Below, piece by piece: positions 22,201-64,000 of a DNA stretch of 64,000 bases (positions are counted from its first letter, which is position 1; every line of letters starts with the position of its first letter). Below the pieces are notes generated by a model. It saw only the letters and a list, made by a program, of their open reading frames with translations, had not been told where the DNA came from and did no database searches. The DNA is from Heteronotia binoei. Its lineage: Eukaryota. Both the position numbers and the translations under genes were made by a program. Location: the NCBI RefSeq assembly GCF_032191835.1, contig NC_083233.1, positions 47,182,001 to 47,246,000 of the forward strand, given 5' to 3'.

Positions 22201-24094
22201 TTCCGCGTACAGGAACTTGGATTGGAGGGACTAGAATGTCGCGGGGAATAGAACCGACTGCTGGGGATGGTCACATTTTGGAACGGCTTCTGTGTATTAA
22301 CAGACTCCCTGCTTGCTTACAGTGTTGCCCAGATAAGAGGGAGTAGACCCTTTCTTCCTGTTGTGCTCGTTTGTTATTTCTAGGGAATTTTCTTAAGAAA
22401 AGGAGCGCTCAAAGTCAGGAATCCCCTACCTGCTGTTTAAAATGGCTTAGGCTGACTTACTGACTCAGCATTCTACCGCCTTGTTTTCCTACATTGGTGA
22501 GCTCCACCTAAGACCCGTTATGTTTTTATCTTAAGATGGGGCATGGGGGAGCGGAGTGGCTGGGCTTCCATCCGCTAGAGCTGCTAATGCCAACTGACTA
22601 GAGTGGCTTGCTCCTGTGCCTTGAAATGGAGTTGGATGTGCATGGTGATTGCGACTGGCTGCTTACTGAAGTCTGTATTTGGAGGTGTAAGGGCAGGAGG
22701 CAAAAACCACCCACACTCTGTGTGTCTGCTGGTGCAGGGCTCTGTTTCATTATGAGGGTATCTTTCTATTGCTTTTTGCTTTAAATAGAGGGAATGAGTC
22801 CTGTGATTCCCTCTTTATGGGTATGTATTAGAGGGTGAGATCAGTGAAGGGCGCTGGGCCTGGCTTGAGTAGGTTGCATTTGATAGTCCACTGTGACTAT
22901 CAAATGCAGTAACCAATTCAGTTTGAGATAGTCCACAGTTGTGCATATCAAACTGAATTGATTACTCTTTCAGGCTTCTTCTCAAAGCTTGGGCTTTCTT
23001 GCAGCCTTATTTATTTATTTACATACTTCACTTATAGTTTGCTTTTCTCATGGAGATGAAATGGTATTACACAATCTTTATTATGTGACTTATTCCCTTC
23101 TCTGCCTTCTGGCAGATATAATTATCTTGAGGATTAATGGAATCCTATACTGGCAACTCTTGCAAAATGCTGGTACCATCAGATCATCTCTGGATTTAAT
23201 TTTCATTTACAAGAATTATAGTCTCCATAGAGTTATTGAATATCGCGGAATGGACAGTACTTCTGCTTCGGCAGGTGACGCAGACCTTCCTTCAGCCTGG
23301 TGTTTTATAAATGACTGTCCCAATCTTCATATTCTTCCAAAGTGATATGAAGACCTGGGCAGTTCCATGGGTGGATTCTTGTAAAACAAGTTGTTTTTAT
23401 GAGGGGAGCATAGCTGGTGACCATGCTTAACAAAGAGACAATTTTGCTGAAGGGTGTCTGTAAATCTTCAAAATGTTGGCAGCTGCTGCCTTTATTTCCC
23501 AGTATAGTGCTGGTAAAGAGATGGTTTTACACTAAAACCTGCCTCATAGGATTTGTCATTGTCTTTCCCTGCGGGTGTGGCAGCTTCTGTTACAATAGAA
23601 TTGCATGCCTGGGAGACAGGGTGTTTGGGATGCCAGGTGATCTGTGCTTCTAAGCCTTTTAACTTCAGCTATTGACTTCAGTGAGCATGCTGACATTAGC
23701 AGGAAGACTTTGGTTTTGTTCTAAACCCGGAGTGTTTTGATCCTGAGTAGAGACTATGGTGCCCTACTCCCTCCCCCTGCTTTGCTCTCTTTCCTCTCAC
23801 AGGAAACAGAAAGCAAACGTCTTGTGATGCTTTTCAAAAATTTACTTTCAAATGTAGTTTTTGAAATAACTGCTGCTGTTCATGCAGCCTGGTGTTTCGG
23901 AGTGGTTTGCTTTGCACATTCTTTGCGGTATCCCATTGGGACGCTGGAGGTCTCCTTGAGCTTTGTGAGCTGGATGCCATTTGCTGGGCAAAGTGAATAA
24001 TAGCGTAAAGCTTGTTATGCAAAATGTGCTAGTTTTAAGACCCTGCCCCATAAGGCAGGGTAGGCTACCAAACTTTCCATAACGTGTCTGAAGC

Positions 24095-24225
24095 TCCAAG
24101 CGGGCAGCTGTGTTGGTCTGAAGCAGTTGAACAAAGCAGGAGTCAAGTGGCACCTTTAAGATCAACCAATTTTTATTTAGAACATAAGCTTTCGTGTGCT
24201 CTTGGCACACTTCATCAGATGAGGA
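24095..24225 (-). mobile_element. Penelope-like element terminal fragment carrying a hammerhead motif
   Basis: The minus strand reads ...CTGATGAAGTGTGCCAAGAGCACACGAAAGCTTATG...TTGGTTGATCTTAAAGGTGCCAC..., a typical vertebrate PLE pseudo-LTR sequence. Confidence 0.7.
24185..24221 (-). ncRNA. Minimal type I hammerhead ribozyme motif (intact core)
   Basis: Minus strand: CAT-CUGAUGA-A-GUGUGC(CAAGA)GCACAC-GAAA-GCU-U-AUG. Both conserved core boxes are intact, with a 6-bp stem II, a palindromic AGCU mini stem III and a 3-bp stem I. Confidence 0.65.
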
Positions 24226-24740
24226 ATCCAGCACGATCTGAAGCTGTTGCTACAAAGCTCAGTGTATATGAAATAAATAAGTATATGGGATATATTTAAT
24301 TTATTCCCCACCCTATCCCACAAGTGGGCTCAGGGAGGCTTACAAGACCCATCAAAGGATAAAAACAGTAAAAAAAAAGGTGATATAAAAAAAACATGCC
24401 TCATGTCAGCAAAGATGGATATCCCCATGAAGCTCCAGTGTCCAATTCATATCCAGCAAGGCGCTGGAAGTGAGGCCAGAAATTGATCTGAGTAAGACTG
24501 TCATTCCATTTTGACCTGTCTGGCAGCAACTCTCCAAGATCTCTGGCAGAGAAAGATGTTTCCCATCCCAGCTGCCTAAGGCCTCTTAGCTGTAGATAGT
24601 AGGAACTGAGATGAGGATCAGGCCCAACTGGACAGTGCTTATTCCCAAATTCTACTTGTAGCTTGTTAGATCACACAGATGGCCTCTTCTATTTGCTGGC
24701 GGCTGCTTCTCCTCACTGACAGATGCATGCCTTATAACAC

Positions 24741-24879
24741 CTAGATTTGAGTCCAGTAGCACCTTAGAGACTAACAAGATTTCCTGGGTATAAACTTTTT
24801 TCAGAGTCGAAGTTGCCTTTCTCAGATATACCCTGAAAATCTTCTTGGGTCTCCAGGATGCTACTGGACTTGAATCTAG
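24741..24879. mobile_element. Penelope-like element relic arranged as an inverted repeat
   Basis: Arms of about 52 bp (24741-24792 and 24827-24879) are reverse complements around a degenerate antisense hammerhead-like loop. Same layout as the relic at 12452. Confidence 0.65.
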
Positions 24880-25040
24880 ATGTTCTGCTGTAGACTTAAC
24901 ACATCTACCTTCTGAAGGCACTTTTTGGGTGCGGCAGCATAAATTGGTTCAAATTGTGTAAAATATCATGAAGTTGCAGCTGATTTGTGGTGACCCCAGC
25001 AAGGGGCTTTCCAGGAAAGTGAGAAGCAAAAGTGTAGAGT

Positions 25041-25130
25041 CTTCTCTGCTGAGTCTTCCTTGGTGGTCTCCCTTCCAAGTACCAGCCCTGCTTAGCTTCC
25101 AAGAGATGACAGATTGGGCTGTACCGTGCT
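25041..25130 (-). mobile_element. 5S rRNA-derived SINE fragment
   Basis: The reverse complement reads AGCCCAATCTGTCATCTCTTGGAAGCTAAGCAGGGCTGGTACTTGGAAGGGAGACCACCAAGGAAG. Confidence 0.7.
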
Positions 25131-26668
25131 GCGTTCCACCCCCAGTTGGTTCATTACTTTAACCAAAATTTAATACTGTACAGATTAGTCATCTCCAGCT
25201 AGTGCAAAATGCTGGCCAAGATCCTGGGGAAGTTCAGGACATAATGGTGGAAATTTAGGGTGGGGAAGGTCTGAATGTGGATGGCTACTGTTGTGTGAAT
25301 ACAAAGCTCAAGGAGCAACATGACATGGTGTCCAAGAAAATTGTTATAGATTGAGTGGACCACAAGAAGTGCTAAGTAAAGGAGAGGATCTGATGTAAAG
25401 AGCAATTAGCTTGATAGGTTGCTCTTTGGAGAGTTATCCTGCTAATACATGTTTTAGGAGGTGCAGTTGTTAATTTCCTGGAGTGGGCAATGTACTCCTC
25501 TTGGCTGGTTTCTGGCTCAGCAAGAAATGGTATCTTGGGAGCAAACCATTGCCTTGTCAAGAAAGACGCGAACAAGTTCCTACATGTATGGGCTAGGTTG
25601 GGAGTTCCAGTCTGAGAGCATGTAATATTTGGCTTGATATTTACAGGTGAAATCCAGCCCTCTAAAGTCCATTTTGAAAGTACTTGGAGCTGCATTACAG
25701 GAGGTTAGATTTGAAGTGCTGCAGGCCAGTGAATTCTGCTGGTGAATCTAAAACTTCTCCCAGTAACTGCCCTGAGCTTTGCTTCATTTCTGGACTTTAG
25801 GCCTTAAATATTAATATGAACTTTTTCTGTTGCAGCTCAAACCCCATTAATTCCTGCCTGTCCCGTAGTTGTTGAGAATAATCTGTTCTGGGCCTCTTTC
25901 TAATAGTTCTTTGTGTGTATTCATAGAAGGCTGCCATGTCCCTGGTTGTAGCTCTGAAAGAAAGTGAACTAAATGTTCGTTACAGGTACCACATTCTTAG
26001 CTCTTGCTAGTCTTGGAATACTGGAATAGACCTGAGATTGGAGGCACTAATGGGAATAGAACAGCCTGTATCCAGTGGATACTGAACAAAATAGAATACT
26101 ACTTCTTGCTTTGAACTTTTAGAATCTCTGCTGGAGACGCAGAGATAGGACTGGCCCCCCAAGAATGTTGCAGAAACTTTTGCTATAGAGTGTAGAGGCT
26201 GTTCCTTTTGGTGCTTGGTTTGGGGGTTGAGCTTTATTATCAGCAATACTTTTCTAGCAGCATAGTCAGATGCTGGAACAATATAGGTAGGTACTGAGCT
26301 CTGAGGTTTTCTAAATACAATGAATGAAACCAGAATATTTTGTTCAGAAGCAGGCTAAATATTGAGGCAGATTTCAGCCCTACAAATTATGACTTTCAGC
26401 ATGATTACCTATCGGGTGTCCAGAAAAGATCATGGCTTTGGATTAATCTACAGGAAATTGCCTATAGCTCATTCCTGGTTGGCCTGTCAGACTTCCTTTT
26501 GAAAGAAGAGCTTATTTACCTTATGGACATGAATGTTTCTGTATGTATTCTGTAAGATATGGGTAACTCTTCCAGCAACGTTGTTAAAACTGCTTTTTCT
26601 TTTTTATTTCTCTGACTTTTCTGACTCTTTCCTTTCTTTGTGCAGGATTTTCCCTTCAGGGCAAAAGA

Positions 26669-27244
26669 ATGCAGACGATAAAGTGTGTGGTTGTTGGAGA
26701 CGGTGCTGTGGGAAAGACCTGCTTGCTCATCAGCTATACCACCAATGCCTTCCCTGAGGAATACATCCCCACAGTGTTTGACAACTACAGTGCTCAGATG
26801 ACAATGGACGGCAGAATGGTTAGTCTGAATCTCTGGGACACTGCAGGCCAGGAGGAGTATGACCGGCTGCGCACCCTCTCCTACCCTCAAACCAATGTGT
26901 TTGTGATCTGCTTTTCCATTGGAAGCCCTTCTTCATTTGCCAATGTGCGGCACAAGTGGCACCCTGAAGTATCCCACCACTGCCCTAATGTGCCAATCCT
27001 TCTTGTTGGCACCAAGCGGGACTTGAGAAGTAATGTGGAGATGGTGAAAAAGCTGAAGGAGCAGGGCCTGGCTCCCACCACCCCACAGCAGGGGGTTTCA
27101 TTGGCCAAACAGATTGGAGCAGTCAAATACTTAGAGTGCTCTGCACTGAACCAGGAGGGGGTGCGAGAAGTGTTTGCAGAATCTGTGCGGGCAGTGTTGT
27201 ATCCTGTGACAAAGAAGAACTCAAAGAAGTGCCTTTTGTTGTAG
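26669..27244 (+). CDS. RHOG: Rho-related GTP-binding protein RhoG-like (RhoG paralog), 191 aa
   Basis: Single coding exon. Motifs: [37 protein letters not shown] (RhoG-specific), VRHKWHPEV, and a polybasic tail with CAAX box [10 protein letters not shown]. Synteny suggests the paralog (RHOG-like/RHOG2) rather than the RHOG ortholog. Confidence 0.93.
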   Translation: MQTIKCVVVGDGAVGKTCLLISYTTNAFPEEYIPTVFDNYSAQMTMDGRMVSLNLWDTAGQEEYDRLRTLSYPQTNVFVICFSIGSPSSFANVRHKWHPEVSHHCPNVPILLVGTKRDLRSNVEMVKKLKEQGLAPTTPQQGVSLAKQIGAVKYLECSALNQEGVREVFAESVRAVLYPVTKKNSKKCLLL

Positions 27245-28702
27245 TCACCAAGGACTGTGACTCAAAAGACTGAGGGCTTGGGATATTTGTGAGGCTCCGT
27301 CTGAATCTTATTGCATCTTGCACTAATGGCTCTAAAGAGAATTTCTTGCAGCAAATACTCCTGCAGTTCAGGTACCAGATCCAGCAGACTGAAATGAGCA
27401 GTTTGATTTCAAGGTTAAGGATCAGCCTCTCCAGCAGATTTCCAGTGCCTCTGCCTATGTAGTTCTCATCTCTACAGCTGGGAGACATCTTCATAGCCAA
27501 ACACCTTCTCCACACCAGAAACAATAGTCCTTCTTGACTGAGACAGTGATCAGGTTTTTTTTATGTTGCTGCTTTGTCCTAGCCATTAGTTGCCAAACAG
27601 TTGTCTTTTGTAGACAAGGCTGTGCCTTTCCCATAATTGAGTGATTTTGTTATACCGTACAAATATGGCATATGAATCCTGGTATGCTAAAGTTTGATCA
27701 TGATATAGAAAAGTTCACTGTTAAAACCATGTGAAATAATAGACATCAGACACTGAGGGATGAGCCCCTCATAAAGAGGCTTGCTTAATAACATCAACCA
27801 AGCACTGTCTCTCTTTGTGACATTTGTTGCATCACAATGGAATAGATCTGAGATTGGCAGTTCTTAAGTGTGAGTTTACTTTTGGAGGCTGTCCCTGAGC
27901 CATATCAATGAATGAAAGCTATTCTTTACAGCCTTTAAGATTAAGCTCTTTGTGGAGCAGAATGAGATTTTCATTCTCAGTTATTGTAAGATCATACTCC
28001 TGCCCCACCTGCTCTAGGAAGCAGTCCCAATTTGCATCCCTGCTTGGTCACTAGCCCCCTCAGTAAAAACAGCATGCCTGTTCTACTGGAGAATGTAAGT
28101 AATTATGCATATAATAGTACCTGGCACTGCTGGATATTTACCATACCCAGCTTCACTACAGGTGCTTTTGTTCTTCAAATATCTTCTTGTATGTGGCTTC
28201 AGTGGCATCAGTCAGCCTGCAGTGTAGGAGAAAAACAAAACAAAAATATGCCCTGGATTGTTCATTCGCTCTCTCTCCCTTCCCCTCCACTGGATCACAG
28301 ATTCTGCAAATAGCAGGATTTCTATGTCTGCTCATTGATTGCTATTTTTTTCTGCTGGTAGTGGTTAGTAACTTCTTGCCAAATAGGATTTGTCTTTTAA
28401 AAATTCAGGTGTAAATGGTGTTAAAAATGCTGCACTAGTTTGTTACTATGGTTTTAAATTTCCCATGAACTTGGATAACCTACAGAAATGCATACATACA
28501 TATAATAAGCCAGGTTTAACCTTGACTGAAATATTAACTTTCCCTTTTTGAAAAATAATTATGAAAGTATATGTTTCATGAATCTGTATTTTTCATTAAT
28601 GATTTCATCTAGTGGCATTACGGAACTCAAGACCAAGTTTGAAACCTGCAGTTGAGTTAAAATTTTGTTGACAAATGCTTTATATTTTTTTTCTTCTGGC
28701 CA

Positions 28703-29000
28703 AGGGAAGGAAAAAGGAAAGGTCCTCTATGCAAGCACCAGTCATTTCCGCTTCTGGGGTGACATTGCTTTCACAACGTTTTCATGGCAGACCTTTTTAC
28801 AGGGTGGTTTGCCATTGCCTTCCCCGGTCATTACACTTTCCCCCCAGCGAGCTGGGTACTCATTTTACCGACCTCGGAAGGATGGAAGACTTGAGTCAGC
28901 CTCGAACCGGCTACCTGAACCAGCTTCCGCTGGAATCGAACTCAGGTCGTGAGCAGAGGGTTCCAACTGCAATACTGCATCTATACCACTCTGCGCCACA
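28703..29000 (-). mobile_element. Sauria-type SINE
   Basis: Contains CTGGGTACTCATTTTACCGACCTCGGAAGGATGGAAG...GGAATCGAACTCAGGTCGTGAGCAGAG...ACCACTCTGCGCCAC, with the tRNA-like B and A boxes in antisense. Confidence 0.75.
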
Positions 29001-30599
29001 GCTTGCTTAATTGAACAAATGTGTTTATGGCTGTTCTAGAGAGAAGTATTATGAGCATCACTTTTGTGGTGCAACCCATAGGGAAAAGAACTGTTAAGAA
29101 ATAGAGTGCCACTGCTTTGTTTGGAGCTGATTCTGCCATGAAATTAGTCTTGTGAAATAGTGATTCCAGCGGCAGCCACTATGTCTGTTGGTGCTGAGCA
29201 AAATTTGAATTTTTCAAAATGTGACACTTTGGAATTCTGCTACCCATGAACTATTCTTATTGTATAGCTGCAGATCAGATGGGTAATGAAGTTGGCCCAA
29301 TAACTTGTATAAATCCAGCATCTTTCTTGTTGTTGATGAAAAAAAATTGCAGTTCTGTGATTTGATGCCAACTCCACCACAATTTCTATAAATGAAATGT
29401 CACCCCTACCCACTCTTGCTTGAGTTCTCTGCCCTCAATCTAACCATTCTCAGGGTATACGGTGGAGGAAAATACTGTTTTTGAGTACTAAAGAATGCAG
29501 CTAGCGACAATTTGCTCTCACCAGTTTTTACTGAGTTATTTTTTAATCTCTCTACCAGAGGAATCATTCCTGTTTTTATTAGGTTGCGGTGCTCTGAGCC
29601 CCAGAGGTTCTACAAACTAAACTTTGTAGGCCGATAGCTTTTGGTATTCAGCTTCGTGTAGAATTTATGGTTCTTAAAACCTAGCAAAGCCTTTATTCTT
29701 CGCCTTTTAGAAATAAATTTTGGTGCTGCAGGCTCTGGGGGAGGAGATTTTTTTTTCCTGGTTGAGTTGTTAAGTGGGGGATGGGTGGGCCTCATGTGCC
29801 TTAATGTGTGAAGGGAACTTGAGACTGTGTGGTACTGAAACATACACTGGCAACTGATTTTATAGGTAAAAACAAATTTGTATGGCAACTAACAAAGTTA
29901 TTTTTTAAATTATACAGAATTAAATTGTAATAAACAAAGAAAAAACCAAAGACAATGCTTTAATTTCTTGTTATGTTCTATTGTGTGGTCTTTCAAGAGG
30001 GTCTTTTTACAGGTGGAATATGCCCCTTTAGAGCATGGGTAAGCACCTTTTTAAGCAGCAATCCATGCAACTCCTTTACAAGCACACCCTTGCTTCTCTC
30101 TCCCCATTTCATCATCAGAAACTGGTGGTCTTACGGACTTGATTATATATCTAAATAGGAGGGGATTAACACGCTAGTGCCTGGCAAGGAATAGGCTAGG
30201 GCAGTTAAAAACTGGGTTTGCTCCGGGGGCACATAGATGGAATATGCTATTAAAACGAACAAGAACGTTCACTGACGCAACAGGAGTTACTTAAAGGCCC
30301 ACAATAATAACGGGGGCGGGGATTATTTGCCTTCCTAGTCTCCGCGGTTTTTATGGCTATCGCTCCACTCTTTGTTGCAATTGGCCTGCATTTAAAGGAC
30401 GTGAGGGTTTTTGTCCTCCAGCGGACTCCAGTCATGTTTCCAGGCCCCGTGGAAAGCCTCCCAAGGGCGGCGTGGGTGATGTGTGTGTTGGGAGACCTGT
30501 ATTTTGCTGCCCTTTTAGTGGTAGCTGAGTGTTCTCATTGGGCCAACTGAAGCCTGGTGTGCTGCTCTTTCCTTTTTGGAAATCTCACATGTATTACGG

Positions 30600-30864
30600 A
30601 AGGAGGGAGAGGATTATGAAAGCAGCTAAGGCGGAACCGCCAAGATCCCCCAGAAGAAGAACGACAGCCAGTTGCTAAAAGGGCGGAATAAGGTACTCCT
30701 AAAGGCCGTACCCAGCAGCAGAGTAGCGCCGCCCCGTGACGTAACTTCCGGTTTCCGTCCCTTATTCTAGATGCTTTCTATGGTTGCTGCTGCCAAAGGT
30801 CATTCTGCTTCCGGTATAAATATGGTGGTGGCTGCTATCTGAGCTGCTCGGGTCTGGCTTGAGG
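30600..30864 (+). promoter_or_regulatory. TAF1 CpG-rich promoter / 5' UTR
   Basis: CpG-rich, with TGACGTAA (30737) abutting an ETS site CTTCCGG (30745), a second CTTCCGG (30808) and TATAAAT (30815), all upstream of the ATG at 30865. Confidence 0.65.
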
Positions 30865-63914
<33,050 letters not shown>

Positions 63915-64000
63915 GTGAGTAGCCCACTATGTACTGAACCTGCCCAGAGCTTTTTGCGGTGGTTAGCAATTCTACCAAATGCTTCTTTTTTGGTTTCTTA

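Noticed and set aside
26669-27244. RAC1/CDC42 assignment
   Set aside because: The single coding exon and the RTLSYPQT and HKWHPEV motifs are RhoG-type.

Overview
Vertebrate genomic DNA, most likely a squamate reptile and possibly a gecko (inferred from Squam/Sauria-type SINEs, 5S-derived SINEs, and CR1, L2, Penelope and DIRS relics). It carries four intron-containing genes, all on the + strand. (1) An SLC25A15-like mitochondrial ornithine carrier with 6 coding exons, 2234-6903, 309 aa. (2) ITGB1BP2/melusin with 11 exons, 8426-16740, 373 aa. (3) A RhoG-family GTPase with one coding exon, 26669-27244, plus a non-coding first exon near 22 kb. (4) TAF1, with 34 coding exons from 30865 to 63914, continuing past the window. 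I built the exon chains by hand from splice signals and protein homology recalled from memory, and the intron phases are consistent throughout. Introns and intergenic DNA hold a ~3.9-kb DIRS retrotransposon with ITRs and an ICR, nested cleanly in a SINE; a 265-bp miniature DIRS derivative; a truncated Gypsy element whose LTR abuts the RhoG-like promoter; two related degenerate, probably Harbinger-like elements; Penelope relics with hammerhead-ribozyme cores; and hAT MITEs. Other points of note are two GC-AG introns, a 117-nt TAF1 exon that I do not recall in human TAF1, and several short dispersed direct repeats near exons. Most ORF-track entries are spurious. No prokaryotic-type system or CRISPR array is present. 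Repeat family names are recognised by eye and need RepeatMasker/Dfam confirmation.
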